Below are positions 13,601 to 28,628 of a stretch of 64,000 nucleotides of DNA, in pieces. The stretch comes from the human T2T-CHM13v2.0 reference genome, Homo sapiens: assembly GCF_009914755.1 (NCBI RefSeq), contig NC_060948.1; one strand, 5' to 3'. Position 1 is the stretch's first letter. Each line of letters begins with the position of its first letter. The position numbers were made by a program, and so were the translations under genes. The notes under the pieces are model-generated. The model saw nothing but the letters and a program-made list of their open reading frames with translations, was not told the origin of the DNA and made no database searches.

Positions 13601-16600
13601 AGCAATGGTATAGAATGGAATGGAATCATCTGGAATGGAATTGAATGGAATGGAATAATATGAAATGGAATGGAATGGAATGGAATGGAATGCCCTTGAA
13701 TTAAATGGACTGGAATGGAATGGACTCGAACAGAGTGGAATGGAAAGTGTTGAGATAGAATGGAATGGACTCCTTTGGAATGGTGTAGTATGCAATGCAA
13801 TCGACTGGCAGGGAATCAAAAGGAATGTAATGGAATGGATTGGAGTGGAATGCAATGGACAGGAATAGATTGGAAACGGAATGCAAAGGAATGGAATGGA
13901 ATAGTATGGAATGGAATGGAAAGGAATGGAGTGGAATAGACTAGAGTGGAATGCAATGGACTGGAAAGCAATGGACTGGAATGGAACTTTCTTGAATGGA
14001 CTGGAATCAAACGGAATGGAATGCAATGCAATCAAATGGCATGGAATAAAATAGAATGAAAGAGAATCAAATGGAATTGAATCGAATGGAATCGAATGGA
14101 TTGGAAAGGAATAGAATGGAATGGAATGGAATTGACTCAAATGGAATGGACTAGAATGGAATGGATTCGAATGGAAGGCAAAGGAATGGAATCTATTGGA
14201 ATGGACTGTAATGGAATGGAATGGAAGGGATTGGAATGGACTCGAATGGAATGGACTGCAATAGAAAGGATTCGAATGGAATGAAAAAGAATTGAATGGA
14301 ATAGAACAGAATGGAATCAAATCGAATGAAATGGAATGGAATAGAAAGGAATGGAATGAAATGGAATGGAAAGGATTCGAATGGAATGCAATCGAATGGA
14401 ATGGAATCGAACGGAATGGAATAAAATGGAAGAAAACTGGCAAGAAATGGAATCGAAATGAATGGAGTGTTTTGGAACGGACTCAAAAAGAATTGAATGT
14501 AATAGAATGGAGTGGAGTGGACTCGAATATAATGGACTGGAATGGAATGAAATCACATGGAATGGGAACGAATGGAATGGAATGGAAAGGAATGGAATCG
14601 AATGGAAAGGAATCGAATGGAAGGGAATGAAATTGAATCAACAGGAATGGAAGGGAATAGAATAGACGGTAATGGAATGGACTCGAATAGAATGGACACG
14701 AATGCTCAAATTGAATGGACTCGAATGGAATGGAAACGAAAGGAATGTCATCGAATGGAATTGAATCGATCGGAATGAAATCGCATAGAATGGAGTGGAA
14801 TCAAATGGAATTGAATCGAAAGGAAAGGAAGCGAATGGACTGAAATGAAATGGAATGGAATTGAATGGAAAGTAATGAAATGGAATAGAATGGAACGAAA
14901 TTTCACGGAATGGAATCAAACTGAATGGAATCAAATCAATGGAATATAATCAAATGGAATGGAAAGGAATTGAATGGAGTAGATTGGATTGGATGGGATT
15001 GGAATGAAATGTACTGGAAAGGACTCGAATTTCATGAAACGGAATGGAATGAATTGGAACGGAATGGACTCGAATGGAATGGAATGTCATGGAATGGCAT
15101 CAAATGGAATGGCATCAAATGGAATGGAATCGAATGCAATGGAATGCTATGGAATGGAATGGAATGCATTGGAATGGAATGTCCTCTAATGGAATGGATT
15201 CGAGTGGAATGGAATCGAATATAATGGAGTCGAATGAAATGGAATTGAAAGGAATGGGATCGAATACAATGGAATATACTGGAATGTAATGTAATGAACT
15301 CGAATGTAATTGACTGGAATGGAATGTACATGAATGGAATGTAATCGAATGGAAAGTAATCCAATGGAATAGAATCTAATGCAATAAAACCGACTCAGAT
15401 AGAGTAGAATGTAATGGAATGGAGTGCAGTGCAATGGAATGGAATGGAATTGAATGCAATGGAATGGAATGGAATGGAATGGAATGGAATGGGATGGAAT
15501 GGTATGGAATGGATAGTAATGGACTGGAGTGAAATGGACTGGAAAGGAATGGACTCAAATTGAAAGGGCTCGAAAGGAATGGAGTCAAATGGAATGGTCT
15601 GGAATGGAATGAACACGAATGTAATGCAATCCAATAGAACGGAATCGAATGGCATGGAATATAAAGAAATGGATTCGAAGAGAATGGAAACAAATGGAAT
15701 GGAATTGAATGGAATGGAATTGAATGGAATGGGAACGAATGGAGTGAAATTGTATGCAGTAGAAGGGAATAGAATGGAATGCAAGCGAAAGGAAAGGAAT
15801 GGATTGGAATGGAATGGAATTCATTGGAATGGAAGGGAATGTAGTGTATTGGACAGGCCTGGAATAAAGTGGAATGCTACGGTCTCGAATGGAATAAAAA
15901 TGTATGGAATGGAATGCAATGAAACGGAATCGAATGTCATAGAATGTAATGGAATGCAACAAAATGGAATCCAAAATCATTGACTGGAAAGGCTGGGTGT
16001 CGAAAGGAATTGACTCCAATGGAATGGACTCGAATGGAATGGAAGTGAATAGAATCGAACTAAATCGAATGGAATGGAATTGATAGGAACGGAATGGAAA
16101 GGAATGCAATGATTTGGCATGGAATGGAATCGAATGGCATCGAATGGAATGGAATGGAATGTAATGGAATGGAATGTATTAGAATGTAATGAGCTTTAAT
16201 GGAATGTACTCGAATGGATTCGACTGGAATGGAATGTTCTGGAAGTGAATGGACTCCAATGGAATGGATTCAAAAGGAATGGAATCGTACGGAATGGAAT
16301 CTAATGGAATGGAATTAAATGGAAATGAATCAAATTGAATAGCACGGAATTGAATTGAATGGAATGGAATGCAATGGAATCTAATGAAACGGAAAGGAAA
16401 GGAATGGAATGGAATGGGCTGGAATGGAAAGGAATCGAAACGAATGGAATGGAATCGAACTGAAGAGACTGGAATGGAATGCACTGGAATGGAAGGGAGT
16501 GTAATGGAAGGTTCTCGAAAAAAATGGAATCGAATGGAATGGAATTGAATGGAACGGAATAGAGTCGAATGGAATTGAATGGAATGGAATGGACTAGAGT

Positions 16601-19600
16601 GAAATGGAATCGAACCACAAGGAATGGACAGGAATAGAATGGTCTCGAATTGAATGGAATCGTATGGAATGGCATCAAACGGAATGGAATGGACAGCCAC
16701 GGAATGGAATGCACTCGAATGCAATGGAGTCGAAACTAATGGAATGGAATAGAATGGACTCGACTGGTACGGACTCCAATGGAATGGAATCGAATGGAAG
16801 GGAATCGAACGGAATGGACTCGAAGGGAAAAGACTGCAATGGAAAGGTCTCGAATGGAATGGAAATTAATGGAATGGAATGGAATCGAATGAAATGGAGT
16901 CAAAAGGAATGGAATCGAATGGCAAGAAATCGAATGTAATGGAATCGCAAGGAATTGATGTGAACGGAACGGAATGGAATGGAATCCAAAGGAATGGAAT
17001 AGAATGGAATGGAATCGAATGGAAAGGACTCGAATGGAAATCACTCGAATAGAATGCAATTTAATAAAATAGGATCAAATGTAATGGAATGGAATGGAAA
17101 GGAATCGAAACGAAAGGAATGGAGACAGATGGAATGGAATAGAACAGAGAGCAATGGTATAGAATGGAATGGAATCATCTGGAATGGAATTGAATGGAAT
17201 GGAATAATATGAAATGGAATGGAATGGAATGGAATGGAATGCCCTTGAATTAAATGGACTGGAATGGAATGGACTCGAACAGAGTGGAATGGAAAGTGTT
17301 GAGATAGAATGGAATGGACTCCTTTGGAATGGTGTAGTATGCAATGCAATCGACTGGCATGGAATCAAAAGGAATGTAATGGAATGGATTGGACTGGAAT
17401 GCAATGGACTCGAATAGATTGCAAACGGAATGCAAAGGAATGGAATGGAATAGTATGGAATGGAATGGAAAGGAATGGAGTGGAATAGACTAGAGTGGAA
17501 TGCAATGGACTGGAAAGCAATGGACTGGAATGGAACTTTCTTGAATGGACTGGAATCAAACGGAATGGAATGCAATGCAATCAAATGGCATGGAATAAAA
17601 TAGAATGAAAGAGAATCAAATGGAATTGAATCGAATGGAATCGAATGGATTGGAAAGGAATAGAATGGAATGGAATGGAATTGACTCAAATGGAATGGAC
17701 TAGAATGGAATGGATTCGAATGGAAGGCAAAGGAATGGAATCTATTGGAATGGACTGTAATGGAATGGAATGGAAGGGATTGGAATGGACTCGAATGGAA
17801 TGGACTGCAATAGAAAGGATTCGAATGGAATGAAAAAGAATTGAATGGAATAGAACAGAATGGAATCAAATCGAATGAAATGGAATGGAATAGAAAGGAA
17901 TGGAATGAAATGGAATGGAAAGGATTCGAATGGAATGCAATCGAATGGAATGGAATCGAACGGAATGGAATAAAATGGAAGAAAACTGGCAAGAAATGGA
18001 ATCGAAATGAATGGAGTGTTATGGAACGGACTCAAAAGGAATTGAATGTAATAGAATGGAGTGGAGTGGACTCGAATATAATGGACTGGAATGGAATGAA
18101 ATCACATGGAATGGGAACGAATGGAATGGAATGGAAAGGAATGGAATCGAATGGAAAGGAATCGAATGGAAGGGAATGAAATTGAATCAACAGGAATGGA
18201 AGGGAATAGAATAGACGGTAATGGAATGGACTCGAATAGAATGGACACGAATGCTCAAATTGAATGGACTCGAATGGAATGGAAACGAAAGGAATGTCAT
18301 CGAATGGAATTGAATCGATTGGAATGAAATCGCATAGAATGGAGTGGAATCAAATGGAATTGAATCGAAAGGAAAGGAAGCGAATGGACTGAAATGAAAT
18401 GGAATGGAATTGAATGGAAAGTAATGCAATGGAATAGAATGGAACGAAATTTCACGGAATGGAATCAAACTGAATGGAATCAAATCAATGGAATCTAATC
18501 AAATGGAATGGAAAGGAATTGAATGGAGTAGATTGGATTGGATGGGATTGGAATGAAATGTACTGGAAAGGACTCGAATTTCATGAAACGGCATGGAATG
18601 AATTGGAACGGAATGGACTCGAATGGAATGGAATGTCATGGAATGGCATCAAATGGAATGGCATCAAATGGAATGGAATCGAATGCAATGGAATGCTATG
18701 GAATGGAATGGAATGCATTGGAATGGAATGTCCTCTAATGGAATGGATTCGAGTGGAATGGAATCGAATATAATGGAGTCGAATGAAATGGAATTGAAAG
18801 GAATGGGATCGAATACAATGGAATATACTGGAATGTAATGTAATGAACTCGAATGTAATTGACTGGAATGGAATGTACATGAATGGAATGTAATCGAATG
18901 GAAAGTAATCCAGTGGAATAGAATCTAATGCAATAAAATCGACTCAGATAGAGTAGAATGTAATGGATTGGAGTGCAGTGCAATGGAATGGAATGGAATG
19001 GAATGCAATGGAATGGAATGGAATGGAATGGAATGGAATGGAATGGGATGGAATGGTATGGAATGGATAGTAATGGACTGGAGTGAAATGGACTGGAAAG
19101 GAATGGACTCAAATTGAAAGGGCTCGAAAGGAATGGAGTCAAATGGAATGGTCTGGAATGGAATGAACACGAATGTAATGCAATCCAATAGAATGTAATC
19201 GAATGGCATGGAATATAAAGAAATGGAATCGGAGAGAATGGAAACAAATGGAGTGGAATTGAATGGAATGGAATTGAATGGACTGGGAACGAATGGAGTG
19301 AAATTGTATGCAGTAGATGGGAATAGAATGGAATGCAAGCGAAAGGAAAGGAATGGATTGGAATGGAATGGAATTCATTGGAATGGAAGGGAATGTAGTG
19401 TAATGGACAGGCCTGGAATAAAGTGGAATGCTACGGTCTCGAATGGAATAAAAATGTATGGAATGGAATGCAATGAAATGGAATCGAATGTCATAGAATG
19501 TAATGGAATGCAACAAAATGGAATCCAAAATCATTGACTGGAAAGGGTGGGTGTCGAAAGGAATTGACTCCAATGGAATGGAATCGAATGGAATGGAAGT

Positions 19601-22600
19601 GAATAGAATCGAACTAAATCGAATGGAATGGAATTGATAGGAACGGAATGGAAAGGAATGCAATGATTTGGCATGGAATGGAATCGAATGGCATCGAACG
19701 GAATGGAATGGAATGCAATGGAATGGAATGTATTAGAATGTAATGAACTTTAATGGAATGTACTCGAATGGATTCGACTGGAATGGAATGTTCTGGAAGT
19801 GAATGGACTCCAATGGAATGGATTCAAAAGGAATGGAATCGTACGGAATGGAATCTAATGGAATGGAATTAAATGGAAATGAATCAAATTGAATAGCACG
19901 CAATTGAATTGAATGGAATGGAATGCAATGGAATCTAATGAAACGGCAAGGAAAGGAATGGAATGGAATGGAATGGGCTGGAATGGAAAGGAATCGAAAC
20001 GAATGGAATGGAATCGAACTGAAGAGACTGGAATGGAATGCACTGGAATGGAAGGGAGTGTAATGGAAGTTTCTCGAAAAAAATGGAATCGAATGGAATG
20101 GAATTGAATGGAACGGAATAGAGTCGAATGGAATTGAATGGAATGGAATGGACTAGAGTGAAATGGAATCGAACCACAAGGAATGGACAGGAATAGAATG
20201 GTCTCGAATTGAATGGAATCGTATGGAATGGCATCAAACGGAATGGAATGGACAGCCACGGAATGGAATGCACTCGAATGCAATGGAGTCGACACTAATG
20301 GACTGGAATAGAATGGACTCGACTGGTACGGACTCCAATGGAATGGAATCGAATGGAAGGGAATCGAACGGAATGGACTCGAAGGGAAAAGACTGCAATG
20401 GAAAGGTCTCGAATGGAATGGAAATTAATGGAATGGAATGGAATCGAATGAAATGGAGTCAAAAGGAATGGAATCGAATGGCAAGAAATCGAATGTAATG
20501 GAATCGCAAGGAATTGATGTGAACGGAACGGAATGGAATGGAATCCAAAGGAATGGAATAGAATGGAATGGAATCGAATGGAAAGGACTCGAATGGAAAT
20601 CACTCGAATAGAATGCAATTTAATAAAATAGGATCAAATGTAATGGAATGGAATGGAAAGGAATCGAAACGAAAGGAATGGAGACAGATGGAATGGAATG
20701 GAACAGAGAGCAATGGTATAGAATGGAATGGAATCATCTGGAATGGAATTGAATGGAATGGAATAATATGAAATGGAATGGAATGGAATGGAATGGAATG
20801 CCCTTGAATTAAATGGACTGGAATGGAATGGACTCGAACAGAGTGGAATGGAAAGTGTTGAGATAGAATGGAATGGACTCCTTTGGAATGGTGTAGTATG
20901 CAATGCAATCGACTGGCAGGGAATCAAAAGGAATGTAATCGAATGGATTGGACTGGAATGCAATGGACTCGAATAGATTGGAAACGGAATGCAAAGGAAT
21001 GGAATGGAATAGTATGGAATGGAATGGAAAGGAATGGAGTGGAATAGACTAGAGTGGAATGGAATGGACTGGAAAGCAATGGACTGGAATGGAACTTTCT
21101 TGAATGGACTGGAATCAAACGGAATGGAATGCAATACAATCAAATGGCATGGAATAAAATAGAATGAAAGAGAATCAAATGGAATTGAATCGAATGGAAT
21201 CGAATGGATTGGAAAGGAATAGAATGGAATGGAATGGAATTGACTCAAATGGAATGGACTAGAATGGAATGGATTCGAATGGAAGGCAAAGGAATGGAAT
21301 CTATTGGAATGGACTGTAATGGAATGGAATGGAAGGGATTGGAATGGACTCGAATGGAATGGACTGCAATAGAAAGGATTCGAATGGAATGAAAAAGAAT
21401 TGAATGGAATAGAACAGAATGGAATCAAATCGAATGAAATGGAATGGAATAGAAAGGAATGGAATGAAATGGAATGGAAAGGATTCGAATGGAATGCAAT
21501 CGAATGGAATGGAATCGAACGGAATGGAATAAAATGGAAGAAAACTGGCAAGAAATGGAATCGAAATGAATGGAGTGTTATGGAACGGACTCAAAAGGAA
21601 TTGAATGTAATAGAATGGAGTGGAGTGGACTCGAATATAATGGACTGGAATGGAATGAAATCACATGGAATGGGAACGAATGGAATGGAATGGAAAGGAA
21701 TGGAATCGAATGGAAAGGAATCGAATGGAAGGGAATGAAATTGAATCAACAGGAATGGAAGGGAATAGAATAGACGGTAATGGAATGGACTCGAATAGAA
21801 TGGACACGAATGCTCAAATTGAATGGACTCGAATGGAATGGAAACGAAAGGAATGTCATCGAATGGAATTGAATCGATTGGAATGAAATCGCATAGAATG
21901 GAGTGGAATCAAATGGAATTGAATCGAAAGGAAAGGAAGCGAATGGACTGAAATGAAATGGAATGGAATTGAATGGAAAGTAATGCAATGGAATAGAATG
22001 GAACGAAATTTCACGGAATGGAATCAAACTGAATGGAATCAAATCAATGGAATCAAATCAAATGGAATGGAAAGGAATTGAATGGAGTAGATTGGATTGG
22101 ATGGGATTGGAATGAAATGTACTGGAAAGGACTCGAATTTCATGAAACGGAATGGAATGAATTGGAACGGAATGGACTCGAATGGAATGGAATGTCATGG
22201 AATGGCATCAAATGGAATGGCATCAAATGGAATGGAATCGAATGCAATGGAATGCTATGGAATGGAATGGAATGCATTGGAATGGAATGTCCTCTAATGG
22301 AATGGATTCGAGTGGAATGGAATCGAATATAATGGAGTCGAATGAAATGGAATTGAAAGGAATGGGATCGAATACAATGGAATATACTGGAATGTAATGT
22401 AATGAACTCGAATGTAATTGACTGGAATGGAATGTACATGAATGGAATGTAATCGAATGGAAAGTAATCCAATGGAATAGAATCTAATGCAATAAAACCG
22501 ACTCAGATAGAGTAGAATGTAATGGAATGGAGTGCAGTGCAATGGAAGGGAATGGAATTGAATGCAATGGAATGGAATGGAATGGAATGGAATGGAATGG

Positions 22601-22978
22601 AATGGAATGGAATGGGATGGAATGGTATGGAATGGATAGTAATGGACTGGAGTGAAATGGACTGGAAAGGAATGGACTCAAATTGAAAGGGCTCGAAAGG
22701 AATGGAGTCAAATGGAATGGTCTGGAATGGAATGAACACGAAAGTAATGCAATCCAATACAATGGAATCGAATGGCATGGAATATAAAGAAATGGAATCG
22801 AAGAGAATGGAAACAAATGGAATGGAATTGAATGGAATGGAATTGAATGGAATGGGAACGAATGGAGTGAAATTGTATGCAGTAGAAGGGAATAGAATGT
22901 AATGTAAGCGAAAGGAAAGGAATGGATTGGAATGGAATGGAAATCATTGGAATGGAAGGGAATGTAGTGTAATGGACA
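1616..22978 (+). repeat. Six consecutive full-length DYZ1 units (HaeIII to HaeIII: 3559, 3559, 3568, 3554, 3554, 3569 bp)
   Basis: GGCC anchors at 1616, 5175, 8734, 12302, 15856, 19410 and 22979. The ORF track repeats with a similar period (e.g. MESNQW... at 660, 4229, 7798, 11351, 14925, 18474, 22033). Confidence 0.93.
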
Positions 22979-25039
22979 GGCCTGGAATAAAGTGGAATGC
23001 TACGGTCTCGAATGGAATAAAAATGTATGGAATGGAATGCAATGAAACGGAATCGAATGTCATAAAATGTAATGGAATGCAAAAAAATGGAATCCAAAAT
23101 CATTGACTGGAAAGGCTGGGTGTCGAAAGGAATTGACTCCAATGGAATGGAATCGAATGGAATGGAAGTGAATAGAATCGAACTAAATCGAATGGAATGG
23201 AATTGATAGGAACGGAATGGAAAGGAATGCAATGATTTGGCATGGAATGGAATCGAATGGCATCGAATGGAATGGAATGGAATGCAATGGAATGGAATGT
23301 ATTAGAATGTAATGAACTTTAATGGAATGTACTCGAATGGATTCGACTGGAATGGAATGTTCTGGAAGTGAATGGGCTCCAATGGAATGGAATCAAAAGG
23401 AATGGAATCGTACGGAATGGAATCTAATGTAATGGAATTAAATGGAAATGAATCAAATTGAATAGCACGGAATTGAATTGAATGGAATCGAATGCAATGG
23501 AATCTAATGAAACGGAAAGGAAAGGAATGGAATGGAATGGAATGGGCTGGAATGGAAAGGAATCGAAACGAATGGAATGGAATCGAACTGAAGAGACTGG
23601 AATGGAATGCACTGGAATGGAAGGGAGTGTAATGGAAGGTTCTCGAAAGAAATGGAATCGAATGGAATGGAATTGAATGGAACAGAATAGAGTCGAATGG
23701 AATTGAATGGAATGGAATGGACTAGAGTGAAATGGAATCGAACCACAAGGAATGGACAGGAATAGAATGGTCTCGAATTGAATGGAATCGTATGGAATGG
23801 CATCAAACGGAATGGAATGGACAGCCACGGAATGGAATGCACTCGAATGCAATGGAGTCGAAACTAATGGACTGGAATAGAATGGACTCGACTGGTACGG
23901 ACTCCAATGGAATGGAATCGAATGGAAGGGAATCGAACGGAATGGACTCGAAGGGAAAAGACTGCAATGGAAAGGTCTCGAATGGAATGGAAATTAATGG
24001 AATGGAATGGAATCGAATGAAATGGAGTCAAAAGGAATGGAATCGAATGGCAAGAAATCGAATGTAATGGAATCGCAAGGAATTGATGTGAACGGAACGG
24101 AATGGAATGGAATCCAAAGGAATGGAATAGAATGGAATGGAATCGAATGGAAAGGACTAGAATGGAAATCACTCGAATAGAATGCAATTTAATAAAATAG
24201 GATCAAATGTAATGGAATGGAATGGAAAGGAATCGAAACGAAAGGAATGGAGACAGATGGAATGGAATGGAACAGAGAGCAATGGTATAGAATGGAATGG
24301 AATCATCTGGAATGGAATTGAATGGAATGGAATAATATGAAATGGAATGGAATGGAATGGAATGGAATGCCCTTGAATTAAATGGACTGGAATGGAATGG
24401 ACTCGAACAGAGTGGAATGGAAAGTGTTGAGATAGAATGGAATGGACTCCTTTGGAATGGTCTAGTATGCAATGCAATCGACTGGCAGGGAATCAAAAGG
24501 AATGTAATGGAATGGATTGGACTGGAATGCAATGGACAGGAATAGATTGGAAACGGAATGCAAAGGAATGGAATGGAATAGTATGGAATGGAATGGAAAG
24601 GAATGGAGTGGAATAGACTAGAGTGGAATGCAATGGACTGGAAAGCAATGGACTGGAATGGAACTTTCTTGAATGGACTGGAATCAAACGGAATGGAATG
24701 CAATGCAATCAAATGGCATGGAATAAAATAGAATGAAAGAGAATCAAATGGAATTGAATCGAATGGAATCGAATGGATTGGAAAGGAATAGAATGGAATG
24801 GAATGGAATTCACTCAAATGGAATGGACTAGAATGGAATGGATTCGAATGGAAGGCAAAGGAATGGAATCTATTGGAATGGACTGTAATGGAATGGAATG
24901 GAATTGAATGGAATGGGAACGAATGGAGTGAAATTGTATGCAGTAGAAGGGAATAGAATGGAATGCAAGCAAAAGGAAAGGAATGGATTGGAATGGAATG
25001 GAATTCATTGGAATGGAAGGGAATGTAGTGTAATGGACA
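22979..25039 (+). repeat. Truncated DYZ1 unit, 2061 bp (internal ~1.5 kb deletion), copy 1
   Basis: GGCC at 22979 and 25040. At 24881-24925 the sequence GACTGTAATGGAATGGAATGGAA-TTGAATGGAATGGGAACG joins two sites that lie 1508 bp apart in the preceding full unit (21322 and 22830). Confidence 0.93.
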
Positions 25040-28000
25040 GGCCTGGAATAAAGTGGAATGCTACGGTCTCGAATGGAATAAAAATGTATGGAATGGAATG
25101 CAATGAAATGGAATCGAATGTCATAGAATGTAATGGAATGCAACAAAATGGAATCCAATATCATTGACTGGAAAGGCTGGGTGTCGAAAGGAATTGACTC
25201 CAATGGAATGGAATCGAATGGAATGGAAGTGAATAGAATCGAACTAAATCGAATGGAATGGAATTGATAGGAACGGAATGGAAAGGAATGCAATGATTTG
25301 GCATGGAATGGAATCGAATGGCATCGAATGGAATGGAATGGAATGCAATGGAATGGAATGTATTAGAATGTAATGAACTTTAATGGAATGTACTCGAATG
25401 GATTCGACTGGAATGGAATGTTCTGGAAGTGAATGGACTCCAATGGAATGGATTCAAAAGGAATGGAATCGTACGGAATGGAATCTAATGGAATGGAATT
25501 AAATGGAAATGAATCAAATTGAATAGCACGGAATTGAATTGAATGGAATGGAATGCAATGGAATCTAATGAAACGGAAAGGAAAGGAATGGAATGGAATG
25601 GAATGGGCTGGAATGGAAAGGAATCGAAACGAATGGAATGGAATCGAACTGAAGAGACTGGAATGGAATGCACTGGAATGGAAGGGAGTGTAATGGAAGG
25701 TTCTCGAAAAAAATGGAATGGAATGGAATGGAATTGAATGGAACGGAATAGAGTCGAATGGAATTGAATGGAATGGAATGGACTAGAGTGAAATGGAATC
25801 GAACCACAAGGAATGGACAGGAATAGAATGGTCTCGAATTGAATGGAATCGTATGGAATGGCATCAAACGGAATGGAATGGACAGCCACGGAATGGAATG
25901 CACTCGAATGCAATGGAGTCGAAACTAATGGACTGGAATAGAATGGACTCGACTGGTACGGACTCCAATGGAATGGAATCGAATGGAAGGGAATCGAACG
26001 GAATGGACTCGAAGGGAAAAGACTGCAATGGAAAGGTCTCGAATGGAATGGAAATTAATGGAATGGAATGGAATCGAATGAAATGGAGTCAAAAGGAATG
26101 GAATCGAATGGCAAGAAATCGAATGTAATGGAATCGCAAGGAATTGATGTGAACGGAACGGAATGGAATGGAATCCAAAGGAATGGAATAGAATGGAATG
26201 GAATCGAATGGAAAGGACTCGAATGGCAATCACTCGAATAGAATGCAATTTAATAAAATAGGATCAAATGTAATGGAATGGAATGGAAAGGAATCGAAAC
26301 GAAAGGAATGGAGACAGATGGAATGGAATGGAACAGAGAGCAATGGTATAGAATGGAATGGAATCATCTGGAATGGAATTGAATGGAATGGAATAATATG
26401 AAATGGAATGGAATGGAATGGAATGGAATGGAATGGAATGCCCTTGAATTAAATGGACTGGAATGGAATGGACTCGAACAGAGTGGAATGGAAAGTGTTG
26501 AGATAGAATGGAATGGACTCCTTTGGAATGGTCTAGTATGCAATGCAATCGACTGGCAGGGAATCAAAAGGAATGTAATCGAATGGATTGGACTGGAATG
26601 CAATGGACTCGAATAGATTGGAAACGGAATGCAAAGGAATGGAATGGAATAGTATGGAATGGAATGGAAAGGAATGGAGTGGAATAGACTAGAGTGGAAT
26701 GGAATGGACTGGAAAGCAATGGACTGGAATGGAACTTTCTTGAATGGACTGCAATCAAACGGAATGGAATGCAATGCAATCAAATGGCATGGAATAAAAT
26801 AGAATGAAAGAGAATCAAATGGAATTGAATCGAATGGAATCGAATGGATTGGAAAGGAATAGAATGGAATGGAATGGAATGGACTCAAATGGAATGGACT
26901 AGAATGGAATGGATTCGAATGGAAGGCAAAGGAATGGAATCTATTGGAATGGACTGTAATGGAATGGAATGGAAGGGATTGGAATGGACTCGAATGGAAT
27001 GGACTGCAATAGAAAGGATTCGAATGGAATGAAAAAGAATTGAATGGAATAGAACAGAATGGAATCAAATCGAATGAAATGGAATGGAATAGAAAGGAAT
27101 GGAATGAAATGGAATGGAAAGGATTCGAATGGAATGCAATCGAATGGAATGGAATCGAACGGAATGGAATAAAATGGAAGAAAACTGGCAAGAAATGGAA
27201 TCGAAATGAATGGAGTGTTATGGAACGGACTCAAAAGGAATTGAATGTAATAGAATGGAGTGGAGTGGACTCGAATATAATGGACTGGAATGGAATGAAA
27301 TCACATGGAATGGGAACGAATGGAATGGAATGGAAAGGAATGGAATCGAATGGAAAGGAATCGAATGGAAGGGAATGAAATTGAATCAACAGGAATGGAA
27401 GGGAATAGAATAGACGGTAATGGAATGGACTCGAATAGAATGGACACGAATGCTCAAATTGAATGGACTCGAATGGAATGGAAACGAAAGGAATGTCATC
27501 GAATGGAATTGAATCGATTGGAATGAAATCGCATAGAATGGAGTGGAATCAAATGGAATTGAATCGAAAGGAAAGGAAGCGAATGGACTGAAATGAAATG
27601 GAATGGAATTGAATGGAAAGTAATGCAATGGAATAGAATGGAACGAAATTTCACGGAATGGAATCAAACTGAATGGAATCAAATCAATGGAATCTAATCA
27701 AATGGAATGGAAAGGAATTGAATGGAGTAGATTGGATTGGATGGGATTGGAATGAAATGTACTGGAAAGGACTCGAATTTCATGAAACGGAATGGAATGA
27801 ATTGGAACGGAATGGACTCGAATGGAATGGAATGTCATGGAATGGCATCAAATGGAATGGCATCAAATGGAATGGAATCGAATGCAATGGAATGCTATGG
27901 AATGGAATGGAATGCATTGGAATGGAATGTCCTCTAATGGAATGGATTCGAGTGGAATGGAATCGAATATAATGGAGTCGAATGAAATGGAATTGAAAGG

Positions 28001-28628
28001 AATGGGATCGAATACAATGGAATATACTGGAATGTAATGTAATGAACTCGAATGTAATTGACTGGAATGGAATGTACATGAATGGAAGGTAATCGAATGG
28101 AAAGTAATCCAATGGAATAGAATCTAATGCAATAAAACCGACTCAGATAGAGTAGAATGTAATGGAATGGAGTGCAGTGCAATGGAATGGAATGGAATTG
28201 AATGCAATGGAATGGAATGGAATGTAATGGAATGGAATGGAATGGAATGGAATGGAATGGAATGGGATGGAATGGTATGGAATGGATAGTAATGGACTGG
28301 AGTGAAATGGACTGGAAAGGAATGGACTCAAATTGAAAGGGCTCGAAAGGAATGGAGTCAAATGGAATGGTCTGGAATGGAATGAACACGAATGTAATGC
28401 AATCCAATAGAATGGAATCGAATGGCATGGAATATAAAGAAATGGATTCGAAGAGAATGGAAACAAATGGAATGGAATTGAATGGAATGGAATTGAATGG
28501 AATGGGAACGAATGGAGTGAAATTGTATGCAGTAGAAGGGAATAGAAAGGAATGTAAGCGAAAGGAAAGGAATGGATTGGAATGGAATGGAATTCATTGG
28601 AATGGAAGGGAATGTAGTGTAATGGACA

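Noticed and set aside
22940-22945. Loss of the canonical EcoRI site (GAAATC) just before the HOR, and gain of one at 62207-62212
   Set aside because: These are single private substitutions with no evidence of a link to the rearrangement. They are useful only as markers.
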